Positions 22,240 to 31,141 of a stretch of DNA of 64,000 bases are shown here, in pieces. Numbering within the stretch: position 1 is the first letter of the stretch; every line of letters starts with the position of its first letter. The position numbers and the translations under genes are program-made. Source of the stretch: an uncultured delta proteobacterium (GTDB lineage: Bacteria; Myxococcota_A; Polyangia; Fen-1088); assembly GCA_963755125.1 (NCBI GenBank), contig CAVWIP010000017.1, positions 256,001 through 320,000 on the forward strand. Direction: 5' to 3'. The notes under the pieces are model-generated. The model saw only the letters and a program-made list of their open reading frames with translations, made no database searches and was not told where the DNA came from.

Positions 22240-23742
22240 CTACGCCTCGGTGTGGAAGAAGCTGACGGCGCGCTCCAGCGCCTCGGCCTTGGCCGCCATG
22301 ACCTCGGCCGTGTTGGCGACCTGGTCGGCGGCGGCGGCGGCGTGCTGGGTGATTTGCTCGACCTGGGACAGGGCGCTGTTGATCTGGCTCACACCGGCGG
22401 CCTGTTCGCGCGAGGCTGCGGCCACGTTGTGCACCAGTTCCAGGGTTTTGTGGATGGCGGGCAACAGCTCCCGCAGCAGGGCTTCCGAACGCTCAGCGAC
22501 GGTGACACTGCCCTGTGACAGCTTCACGATATCGTGGGCCGCGGCCTGGCTGCGCTCGGCCAGTTTGCGCACCTCGGTCGCCACCACCGCGAAGCCACGC
22601 CCCTGGTCACCCACGCGCGCTGCCTCGATGGCCGCGTTCAGGGCCAACAGGTTGGTCTGGTACGCGATCTCCTCGACCACGGTCACCTGGCTGGCGATGG
22701 CATGCATTGCGGCCAGCGTCTCGACCACGGCCTGGGCGCTCTTTTCCGCGCAGGCGACGCCTCGCCGGGCCATGCCCTCCATCTCCTGACTGGAATCCGC
22801 GTTCTGGGAAATCGAGGCGTTCATCTGTTCGAGGCTGGACGAGGTCTCCTGCATCGAACTGGCCTGCGTGCTGGTGCCCCGGGCCAGTTCCGACGAGGTG
22901 GACGACAGCAGGACGGAACCCTGGTTGAGCGCGGTGGACGCTTCCTGCACCTCGGTCACTACCTCGCGCAGCTTTCCGATCATGGTGGCCGTGGCTGCGA
23001 GCAACTGCCCGATTTCGTCGTGGGTGGAGGCTTCGACCTGCGCCGAGAGATCGCCGGTGGCCATGCGGTGGGTGATCGAGATGGCATGGTCGAGCGGACG
23101 GGTGATCGAGCGAAGCAGGACCAGGGCCAGCAAGACCAGGGCGAGAATACAGAACGCGGCCACCCCCACGATGGCCAGGTAGAACAAACGCTGATTCCGG
23201 GCCAGCGCGGCGAACACGGTCTCCATCTGCGTCTTGTGCATCTCCGAAGCCGTATTCATGCGTTCCTTGAGGGCCTCGAACTGGCTCTTGGCCGCCTCGG
23301 TGTCTCCGCTGCCCGCCTCCCCGACCTTGCCGACCAGTTGCCAGTACTGGGAAAAATCGGCCGCCAGGCTCTCGACCTCCTTGAAGGTGTCGCCCGAGAC
23401 CGTGTGGCAGTTGGTGCAATCGCCGGCCAGCAACTCGGGCGAGAAGCGAGCATCTGTCAGGTCAGTGAGAAAGGTACGCCGATGCATCTGCGCCTCGGCG
23501 CGATGGGACGGATCGCTCGAACGTGCGGCCTCATGAAAGGCGCGGTCAATCTCCACCAGAGCCAGCTTCAGGGTCTGGCTGCGCTGGGACGCTGGGAAGT
23601 ATCCCTCCTCCATGAAACGCGTGAGCTTGCCGTTGCGCGCCCCGAGGAGCAGGGCCACCACCAGGATGGCCAGGAACCCTGATACCGTGAGCCCCAGCAT
23701 TGCGTAGAGCTTGTGGGATAGCTTCAGTCGCTTGTTTCTCAT
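22240..23742 (-). CDS. Methyl-accepting chemotaxis protein with CxxCH motif in the periplasmic domain
   Basis: TM1-periplasmic domain-TM2-HAMP (SITRPL...DEIGQL)-signalling domain ([33 protein letters not shown]); CTNCH at aa 109-113. Confidence 0.93.
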   Translation of the reverse strand: MRNKRLKLSHKLYAMLGLTVSGFLAILVVALLLGARNGKLTRFMEEGYFPASQRSQTLKLALVEIDRAFHEAARSSDPSHRAEAQMHRRTFLTDLTDARFSPELLAGDCTNCHTVSGDTFKEVESLAADFSQYWQLVGKVGEAGSGDTEAAKSQFEALKERMNTASEMHKTQMETVFAALARNQRLFYLAIVGVAAFCILALVLLALVLLRSITRPLDHAISITHRMATGDLSAQVEASTHDEIGQLLAATATMIGKLREVVTEVQEASTALNQGSVLLSSTSSELARGTSTQASSMQETSSSLEQMNASISQNADSSQEMEGMARRGVACAEKSAQAVVETLAAMHAIASQVTVVEEIAYQTNLLALNAAIEAARVGDQGRGFAVVATEVRKLAERSQAAAHDIVKLSQGSVTVAERSEALLRELLPAIHKTLELVHNVAAASREQAAGVSQINSALSQVEQITQHAAAAADQVANTAEVMAAKAEALERAVSFFHTEA

Positions 23743-23811
23743 GAGGGGTCACGCCGGCTGCTCCAGCGCCAGCCTAACCCACATGATATCGCAAGAATCG
23801 AAATCAGGGGC

Positions 23812-24741
23812 TCAACTCTTCCCTTCCCCGCGGCCGCGTACCTTCACGAAGGTGCCGTTCTGTAGCTCCTGGTAGGCGAGCCGCAACTCCTCTTGTGTGT
23901 TCATCACGATGGGGCCGTACCAGGCGACGGGCTCCCGGATGGGCTTCCCCGAGATCAGCAAGAAGCGTACCGGCTCGTCGGCGGCACGGATGGAGACGCT
24001 GTCCCCGTCGTCGAACAGCACTAGATGGCTATCCCCGAGAAGCGGGCTCCGTTCCATGTCGAAGTAGTTGCCTCCCTCGGCTTCGTAGCTGTAGGGGTCG
24101 CTCTGCTGGCAGAACACGGCCTTGCCGCCGATCACATAGGCCAGCACCGTGTGGCCGCGCGGCGTGGGCCGGGTGAAGGTCGCGCCCGCTGGCACGCTGA
24201 CGTCGAGATATTCGGGGGCCGTGACCACGTCGCGCACCGGCCCGGTCACTCCGTCGATTGCGCCGGCGATCACCTTGATGCGCGTCCCGTTGGCCTGCAC
24301 GGCCTCGGGAATCTGCGAGCTGGCAAAGCCCCGGTAGCGCGGGTTCATCATTTTGTGGGCCGCGGGCAGGTTGGCCCACAACTGGAAGCCGTACATCGCG
24401 CCCTGCGGGTCGCCCTTGGGCATCTCCTGGTGGATGATGCCGCTGCCGGCGGTCATCCACTGCACGTCGCCGGCCGAGATGACCCCGCTGTTGCCCAGAC
24501 TGTCGCCATGTTCGACATCGCCGCGCAGGACATAGGTGATGGTTTCGATCCCGCGATGGGGGTGCCAGGGGAAGCCCTTGAGGTAGTGCTCGGGCCTGTC
24601 CGAGCGAAAGTCGTCGAGCAAGAGAAATGGATCGCAGAGTTGCAGATCACCGAAGCCAATCGCCCGATGCAGATGAACGCCTGCTCCCTCGATGGTTGCA
24701 CGGCTCCTGACTACCTTGCGGATACGCCTATTCTCAGCCAT
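23812..24741 (-). CDS. Pirin family protein
   Basis: DPFLLLD, GFPWHPHRGIETITY, VQWMTAGSGIIHQE, GPIVMNT. Confidence 0.95.
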   Translation of the reverse strand: MAENRRIRKVVRSRATIEGAGVHLHRAIGFGDLQLCDPFLLLDDFRSDRPEHYLKGFPWHPHRGIETITYVLRGDVEHGDSLGNSGVISAGDVQWMTAGSGIIHQEMPKGDPQGAMYGFQLWANLPAAHKMMNPRYRGFASSQIPEAVQANGTRIKVIAGAIDGVTGPVRDVVTAPEYLDVSVPAGATFTRPTPRGHTVLAYVIGGKAVFCQQSDPYSYEAEGGNYFDMERSPLLGDSHLVLFDDGDSVSIRAADEPVRFLLISGKPIREPVAWYGPIVMNTQEELRLAYQELQNGTFVKVRGRGEGKS

Positions 24742-24835
24742 TGCGGTCCTCCCTTCCCGAATTCACGAGCCCCAGTGCCCGGCGAGAACGAAGTGTAGCA
24801 GCTTAGGCACGGGAGGCGAGTCTGAGCAACCGGGA

Positions 24836-27058
24836 CTACTTCAGCGGGTCCCCGGGCGCGGTTGTCCCAGTCCTTCTTCGCAGCAGCAACAGCGCGAGCA
24901 ACAGCGCAAAGGTGGTCAGCGAGATGGCGGCGCCCAGCGCGAAATAGGTCGACCGGTAGCGAAGAACCACCTCACTGCGCCCCGCGGGCACAGGTACTGA
25001 ACGCATCCACACGTTGGCCGGCTGGCAAGGTACCTGCTTGCCGTTCACCGTGGCGCTCCATCCGGGGTACCAGGCTTCCTTGATCAGCAACAAGCCCGGC
25101 ACGGCACTGTTCACCTCCAACTCGATACGTTCCGGCGCGAAGCTGACGATGGCTGCACGGGAACCACCTGCCGCGTTGACGTCGCCACCCTGGGGTGGCC
25201 CGGATTCCACCAGCGCGACCCGCGCTCCGTCGTGCCCGGCCACCAGGCGTGAAAGCGCCTCGCGCCAGTTGCCCACGACTTCGCTGCGGGCCACCACCAG
25301 GGCGCGGGGATCGGGCGATGGGTCGAAGACCATCCTGCGGGCCGCGACGTCATAGCCCGCCACCAGATTCATGGTGCGGTAGGGAAAGGTGCCGCGTCGG
25401 AAGATGTCGAGGGAAGGCGCGGTGTTATCGAGATCGGGCGCAGGCACGCCCGCCATCGCGTGAAGGTAGGCCCAGACACGTTCCAGCGCCAGGGATCCGT
25501 AGCTGGTGAAGGTGCTCCAGCCAAAGAGCATCCCCCCGTCTTCGCGAACCAGCGGCGAACTGATGCGCGGCGGGGGGCGGTCGTGGGCCAGCAAGCCGCG
25601 CGCGCCGAGGGCATTGGTCAGCTCGACTTCGGCCGGAAATTCGGATGGCGGCGTCCGGTAGGTGTACTTGATGTTCTTGATGGCCAGCGCCAGATCGCTC
25701 GCGACAAACATCGCCAGTGTGATGGCCAAGGCCGCGCGAACACGCAACGACCAGGGACGCGCGGTCCACAGCAGCAGCAGCAGGACCGCTGCCACGACGC
25801 CGACAAGCTGACCCCAGCGGTGTGCCCGCGCAGCCAGCACAGCCGCACCCAACCCGGCCAGCACCAGCGCGAGCGCGGTGGCGCGACTGCCGGTGGCTCT
25901 CAGCGAGAGAAGAAGCGCACCAGCCACGGGAAGCGCCAGGGAGATGAGCGCGGTCGTGCGCGCGTGCATGCGGAAGGCCGCCAGTCCGGGCAAGATCCGA
26001 TAGAGCAGGGCAAAGACCGGGGTCGAGTTGCCGGCCGCGATCAAAGCGGCGAAGGCTACCAGAGCCAGCAACGCGCGAGCGTTGCGGTCACGCACGCGGA
26101 CCAGATAGGCCACGCCTGCCAGCAGAACCAGCAGGCCGGCATACAGATCATAGATGGTGAGTAGCGGCATGCCCGGGCCGGGCGGAACCACGACGGAAGC
26201 CCAGGCATAGGGTGGCATGGCGTAGAAGCCGGAGAAGGCGAGCGACGGCGTCTGGCGATTGGCCTGCCCGACGAGTTCGTGGAAGGGCAAGAGCTGCACG
26301 GCCGCCAGCAACGCGGCTACAACCACCGCGCCCGCGAGGCGAATCAGATCGAGGAGGGCAAGCTTCGCCTGCGCCGGCAGGGGCTTGCCCAACCTCCGCG
26401 CCAGCAGCAGGGTTGCGGCGCCCACGCCCGTGATCCAGACGACCTGGGGGTGGCCGGCCAGCAATTGCAGCGCCAGCGCCAGCGCCAGCAGAGCGGAAGT
26501 GCGCAGCGAGGGTCGATCCTGGCCGCGCAGCACGAGCCAGAGGACGAGCGGCAACCAGCACAACGCCATGCTGTACTGCACCTGGCCCGAGTGAAAGCAC
26601 AGGACGACCGAGGCCCCTGCTGCAAATGCGAACCCCGCGGAGACCGCCTGCGGCCTGCCTGCGCCGAGATGGCGGGCCAGTCCTGCGGTGCCCGCCACTG
26701 CCAGGAACACGTGTATGGCCGTCAGTGCGGCGAACCCGATGCCAGCGCCAAGAACGACAAATAGCAGACCGGGCGGGTAGAGCAGCGCGGTCTCGATGTC
26801 GGCCAGAAAGGGCCGGCCCAGCCCGACGTGCGGATTCCACAGTGGCAGGCGTCCCGAGCGCAAGGCGTCGATGGCGTAGCTCTTGTACAGTTCGTGCATC
26901 CGGATGAAGTCGAACGACTCCAAAATGCTGGGCCGTGTGAGGTACGCCAGTACCGCGAACAGCAGGCAACCCACGCCGACCTGAGTCCACTGGTGAGCCG
27001 TCAGAAAGCGCGACGCTAGCTCGCGGGCGCTAGGATCCTCGGTGGCCTTGGTGCTCAT
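24836..27058 (-). CDS. YfhO-like GT-C membrane protein
   Basis: GRLPLWNPHVGLGRPF, LLAGHPQ, QLLPFHEL, EAWYPGWSATVNG, VPVPAGRSEVVLRY; many TM segments. Start uncertain (27058 or 27106). Confidence 0.82.
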   Translation of the reverse strand: MSTKATEDPSARELASRFLTAHQWTQVGVGCLLFAVLAYLTRPSILESFDFIRMHELYKSYAIDALRSGRLPLWNPHVGLGRPFLADIETALLYPPGLLFVVLGAGIGFAALTAIHVFLAVAGTAGLARHLGAGRPQAVSAGFAFAAGASVVLCFHSGQVQYSMALCWLPLVLWLVLRGQDRPSLRTSALLALALALQLLAGHPQVVWITGVGAATLLLARRLGKPLPAQAKLALLDLIRLAGAVVVAALLAAVQLLPFHELVGQANRQTPSLAFSGFYAMPPYAWASVVVPPGPGMPLLTIYDLYAGLLVLLAGVAYLVRVRDRNARALLALVAFAALIAAGNSTPVFALLYRILPGLAAFRMHARTTALISLALPVAGALLLSLRATGSRATALALVLAGLGAAVLAARAHRWGQLVGVVAAVLLLLLWTARPWSLRVRAALAITLAMFVASDLALAIKNIKYTYRTPPSEFPAEVELTNALGARGLLAHDRPPPRISSPLVREDGGMLFGWSTFTSYGSLALERVWAYLHAMAGVPAPDLDNTAPSLDIFRRGTFPYRTMNLVAGYDVAARRMVFDPSPDPRALVVARSEVVGNWREALSRLVAGHDGARVALVESGPPQGGDVNAAGGSRAAIVSFAPERIELEVNSAVPGLLLIKEAWYPGWSATVNGKQVPCQPANVWMRSVPVPAGRSEVVLRYRSTYFALGAAISLTTFALLLALLLLRRRTGTTAPGDPLK

Positions 27059-27340
27059 GGGAATCGCATTGTGCTGGCCAAGAGGACATCGCTCAGATTC
27101 TTGCACGAAACGACGTTTTGAAGTCCAACAACAACTGCACGACAGGTTGCCAATCTGAGGAGCGAAGTCTTTTCTGCGGCGACTGCGACGTATAGCGGAG
27201 CGACGACCATCGAGATCGGTGGAACGGCGAGTGCAGCGTGGTCAGATGATTTCTCTTCCGGGCGTCGCTGCTTTTCATCGCGAAGGTGGTGCGCCGGCTG
27301 GCTGGCAGCGGGGCCCGGGTCGAGTACAATCGGCTCCGCC

Positions 27341-27802
27341 GTGACGCCCGCTCATCCCGCTGATTCACCGATCGTGGTCCATTTCTGCCGCCTGCGCCCG
27401 AGCGCGGTGCTCCCTCACTACATGACACCGGGCTCGGCCGGCATGGATCTGGCGTCCGCCGCGGACGGGCCGGTGACCGTGCCTGCGGGCGAGCGTGTGG
27501 GGATCCCGACGGGATGGGCCATGGAGTTGCCACTGGGCTACGAAGCTCAGGTGCGCCCGCGGTCGGGGCTGGCCTGGCGATCGGGGCTGACCGTGGTGAA
27601 CGCGCCGGGAACCATCGACAGCGACTACCGTGGCGAGGTCGTGGTTCTGCTGGTCAACTTGTCCCAGCAGCCGGTCGTGGTCCAGCCGGGCGACCGGGTG
27701 GCCCAGATGGTGATCGCGCCGGTCATCCAGGCGACGGTCGAGGAGGTGGCGGAGCTGTCGAGCACCCAGCGCGGCGGTGGTGGATTTGGACACACAGGTT
27801 GA
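27341..27802 (+). CDS. dut: dUTP diphosphatase
   Basis: SAGMDL, QVRPRSGLA, NAPGTIDSDYRGE, GDRVAQ, RGGGGFGHTG. Confidence 0.97.
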   Translation: MTPAHPADSPIVVHFCRLRPSAVLPHYMTPGSAGMDLASAADGPVTVPAGERVGIPTGWAMELPLGYEAQVRPRSGLAWRSGLTVVNAPGTIDSDYRGEVVVLLVNLSQQPVVVQPGDRVAQMVIAPVIQATVEEVAELSSTQRGGGGFGHTG

Positions 27803-27834
27803 TCCGAATGCGTCGAGTATGATTAGTTGCGCAC

Positions 27835-28920
27835 ATGAGCAGCACCCCGGTTGAGATTCTTCCCAAGCGAGCCGGCATCGTCGGCGTTTCCGGCTATTCG
27901 GGGATGGAGCTGGCGCGCATCCTGGCAAGCCATCCGTACTTGTCGCTGGGCCTGGTGACCAGCGACAAGTGGACGGGCAAGCGCCTGGGCGACCGCCTTG
28001 CGGTGGCGGGACCCGCTGCTGATTTGATCTGCTTCTCGCACGAACAGGGCCAGGCCCGCCTGGGCGAGCTGGACGTGGTGTTTCTGTGCACACCGGCCGA
28101 GGTTTCCGTCGAGCTGGCGCCGCGCGTGGTGGCGGCGGGCGTGCGCGTGGTGGATCTGTCGGGCGGGTTCCGACTGGCAGCCGACCAGTTCCCGCAGTGG
28201 TACGGCTTCACCCATCCCGCGCCGGCGCTGCTGGCCGAGGCTGTGTACTCCCTGCCGGAGGCCACCAACAAGGCCGAAAAGTTGCGCACGGCAAGGCTGG
28301 TTTCGAATCCGGGCTGCTACGCCACGGCCGCGGTGCTGACCGTGCTGCCGCTTCTGCGCGCGGGTTTCATGGAAGCGGACTCGGTGATCATCGACGCCAA
28401 GAGCGGAACCACGGGAGCGGGCCGCAAGGCGAGCGAGGAAATGTCGTTCTCCGAGGTGGCGGACGACGTGCACGCCTACCGTATTTTTCGCCACCAACAC
28501 GCGCCTGAAATTGAGATGGCCCTGGCCTTGAGCGGCACGCCCAACCTTCGCGTTACCTTCATGCCTCACCTGCTTCCTGTCCGGCGGGGCATCCTGGCAA
28601 CCGCCTACGGACGTCTGCGTCACGGCACCGGCGGCAGCGATCCGGCCGGTGGCGTGCGCAAGGCGCTCGATGATTTCGCCGAGGAGCGGCCGTTTGTCCA
28701 CGTGGTGAACCCTGACGAGGTTCGCCTGCAGGCCGCGGTGGGCACCAACCGCGTGGTGCTGGGCGCGTCCGCCGACGCCAGGCTTGGCATGGTGGTGTCC
28801 TTCGCGGCGATCGACAACTTGCTCAAGGGAGCGGCTGGCCAGGCGGTGCAGAACGCCAACCTCATGTTCGGTTTCCCCGAGACGGCGGGCCTCTTGCGGC
28901 TCGCCGGGGCCATGCCATGA
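27835..28920 (+). CDS. argC: N-acetyl-gamma-glutamyl-phosphate reductase
   Basis: GVSGYSGMEL, DLSGGFR, SNPGCY, DAKSGTTGAGR, IDNLLKGAAGQAVQNAN. Confidence 0.97.
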   Translation: MSSTPVEILPKRAGIVGVSGYSGMELARILASHPYLSLGLVTSDKWTGKRLGDRLAVAGPAADLICFSHEQGQARLGELDVVFLCTPAEVSVELAPRVVAAGVRVVDLSGGFRLAADQFPQWYGFTHPAPALLAEAVYSLPEATNKAEKLRTARLVSNPGCYATAAVLTVLPLLRAGFMEADSVIIDAKSGTTGAGRKASEEMSFSEVADDVHAYRIFRHQHAPEIEMALALSGTPNLRVTFMPHLLPVRRGILATAYGRLRHGTGGSDPAGGVRKALDDFAEERPFVHVVNPDEVRLQAAVGTNRVVLGASADARLGMVVSFAAIDNLLKGAAGQAVQNANLMFGFPETAGLLRLAGAMP

Positions 28921-29801
28921 GCGACAGCCACGAGACGCAGTCGGAGTCTCTCGGCGATCGACGCGAGCTGGTGGTCGAGGCGCTCAGGTACATCCAGAAG
29001 TTCGCCGGCACGCGCGCGGTCATCAAGTACGGCGGCGCCGCCATGGTCAAGGACGACCTGAAGCGGAGCTTCGCCCTGGACGTGGTCTTGCTGCAGGCGG
29101 CGGGCCTGCGACCGGTGGTGGTTCACGGCGGCGGGCACGAAATCACCAGGACCCTGGATCGCCTGGGCCAGAAGAGCGAATTCATCGACGGGCAGCGGGT
29201 GACCGGTGTCGCAGAGATGGGGGTGGTCGAGATGGTGCTGACCGGAAAGGTGAACACGGAGATCGTCGGTCTCATCAACACCCTGGGCGGCACCGCCATG
29301 GGCCTGTCGGGCAAGGACGCACATCTCATCAAGGCGCACAAGCTGCCGCCCCGGCCGGGCAAGCCTGACCTCGGCTGGGTGGGCGAGGTGGAGAACATCA
29401 AGACCGAGGTTCTCGAGATGTTGCTCGACAAACACTACATGCCCGTGATCTCGCCGGTGGGCCTGGGCAGCGAAGGGGCCAGCTTCAACATCAACGCCGA
29501 CATGGTGGCCGCCGAGATCGCGGTTGCCGCCAAGGCGAAGAAGCTCATCTTCCTCACCGACGTGGCCGGGATCCTGGACGAGAACGGCCAACTGTTGAGC
29601 GAGCTGCGGGCCGCGGATCTACGTGGTCGATTGCAAGAAGGCCGCGCGGTCAAGGGCGGCATGCAGGTCAAGGCGCAGGCCATCCTGCGCGCCCTGGAAG
29701 GCGGGGTAGAGGCGGTACACGTGGTCGACGGCCGCGAGCCCCACAGCGTAGTGGTCGAGTTGTTCACCGAGAAGGGCGTGGGGACGCTGGTGACGGCGTA
29801 G
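28917..29801 (+). CDS. argB: Acetylglutamate kinase
   Basis: VIKYGGAAM, VVHGGG, GLSGKD, NINAD, FLTDVAGI. Confidence 0.97.
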   Translation: MSDSHETQSESLGDRRELVVEALRYIQKFAGTRAVIKYGGAAMVKDDLKRSFALDVVLLQAAGLRPVVVHGGGHEITRTLDRLGQKSEFIDGQRVTGVAEMGVVEMVLTGKVNTEIVGLINTLGGTAMGLSGKDAHLIKAHKLPPRPGKPDLGWVGEVENIKTEVLEMLLDKHYMPVISPVGLGSEGASFNINADMVAAEIAVAAKAKKLIFLTDVAGILDENGQLLSELRAADLRGRLQEGRAVKGGMQVKAQAILRALEGGVEAVHVVDGREPHSVVVELFTEKGVGTLVTA

Positions 29802-29886
29802 CGAGGCGGCAAAATACCGCGACAGTCAGACGTCGCCATGGCCGAGCGAAGGCATGATGACACGTGAAGAGAGACGGGGTTGTTCG

Positions 29887-29914
29887 TTCGGGGCACTCCT
29901 TTCGGGGCACTCCT
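29887..29914 (+). repeat. Perfect 14-bp tandem direct repeat upstream of the export cassette
   Basis: TTCGGGGCACTCCT at 29887-29900 and 29901-29914, followed by -10-like TATCAT (29919-29924). Confidence 0.9.
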
Positions 29915-29948
29915 CGTGTATCATCGCGCGCGACAGTCGAGGGATCTC

Positions 29949-31139
29949 ATGTTCGCCCGCTTTGCACGTGCACAGGACGCATCTTCCCGCGTGGTGGTGG
30001 TGGGTGTGGTGGGCGGGATCCTTCTGGCTGCGTGGTCGGCCTGGTTCTTCCTGGCGCGGGTGGGGCTGTACGAGGTCAGTCGCTCGGCCCGCCTGGAAGT
30101 GGCGACGGCCCCTTATGACGTCGACTCGCCGGTAGCGGCCCGCCTGCTGCGCAGCGCTTTGGTGCTGGACCGGCAGGTGCAGCAGGGCGAGATCCTGGTC
30201 GAACTGGATGCCGAGGCATTCCGCCTCGAACGCGCGGCCGAGCAGAGCCGACTGGCGACATTGGGCCCGCAGATCGAAGCCCTGCGCCATGAGCTGGCCT
30301 CGCAGGAGCAGGCCATGCGCGGCGAGGGGCGCGCCAGTGCGGCGCAGGTGAACGAGGCGCGCGCCCGGCTGCGCGCTTCGGATGTGGTGGCCCAGCAGAA
30401 AGAGTCGGAGCGGGCGCGAATCCAGACTCTGCACGACGATCGGCTGGTTCCGACCCTGGACCGCGACCGCATGAGGACGGAGGCGCAGCGACAGAGCGCG
30501 GAGGCCGAAGCGGCGCGCGAGCAGGTGGGCCGACTGGGCAGCGAGGGTGCGGTCAAGCTGAGCGAGCGCAGGGCACAGATCGCGCGACTGCAGGCGGACG
30601 TCGCACGCCTGCAAAGCGAACGTGCGGACGCCGAGAGCAAACTGCGCATTCTCGACCAGAAGATCGATTTGCACCTGGTTCGAGCGCCCATCGCCGGTCG
30701 TATCGGACACATGGTGAACCTTCGCGCGGGCGCCATGGTGTCCGAGCGTACCCGCCTGTGTACCATCGTTCCCACCGGCGGGCTGCGCGCGGTGGCCTTC
30801 TTCGACCCGGCGACTGCCATCGGGCGGGTGCGCACGGGCCAGAGCGCGCGGCTGCGCATGTTCGGTTTCCCCTGGACCAAGTATGGGCTGCTGCAGGCCC
30901 AGGTCGATCGCGTGGGCAACGAGCCCCGGGACGGCCTCATCCGGGTGGAACTGGTTCTGCGATCGCCGCAGCGGACGAACATTCCCTTGCAGCACGGGCT
31001 GCCGGGCAGTGCCGAGGTCGAGGTGGAACAGGTTTCGCCATTTGCTCTGGTGCTGGATGCGGCCGGCCGGTTTCTCATCAGTGCCGAGGCCAGTGCCGCA
31101 CCAGCCGTGCCCAACCCTGCGCCGACCCAGGACAGATAG
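29949..31139 (+). CDS. HlyD-family membrane fusion protein
   Basis: N-terminal TM, lipoyl half-motifs (VQQGEILVELD; VRAPIAGRI), long coiled coil, FPWTKYGLL; GAGGGA SD before ATG 29949. Confidence 0.9.
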   Translation: MFARFARAQDASSRVVVVGVVGGILLAAWSAWFFLARVGLYEVSRSARLEVATAPYDVDSPVAARLLRSALVLDRQVQQGEILVELDAEAFRLERAAEQSRLATLGPQIEALRHELASQEQAMRGEGRASAAQVNEARARLRASDVVAQQKESERARIQTLHDDRLVPTLDRDRMRTEAQRQSAEAEAAREQVGRLGSEGAVKLSERRAQIARLQADVARLQSERADAESKLRILDQKIDLHLVRAPIAGRIGHMVNLRAGAMVSERTRLCTIVPTGGLRAVAFFDPATAIGRVRTGQSARLRMFGFPWTKYGLLQAQVDRVGNEPRDGLIRVELVLRSPQRTNIPLQHGLPGSAEVEVEQVSPFALVLDAAGRFLISAEASAAPAVPNPAPTQDR

Positions 31140-31141
31140 GC

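Noticed and set aside
27059..27340. Intergenic gap as a possible ncRNA/tRNA or att site
   Set aside because: No tRNA fold, terminator or repeat shared with the pnp end was seen; it is explained as divergent promoter space.
29854..30135. Cys/Ser/Trp-rich 93-aa ORF as a possible precursor for the PCAT
   Set aside because: It overlaps hlyD out of frame. The Trp run is the GTG-repeat of the HlyD TM read in another frame, and there is no convincing double-glycine leader.
30758..31141. Long upstream extensions in the ORF track (also 9214, 11582, 41448, 58865, 60568, 44093)
   Set aside because: They overlap neighbouring genes; downstream coupled or SD-supported starts fit family N-termini better.
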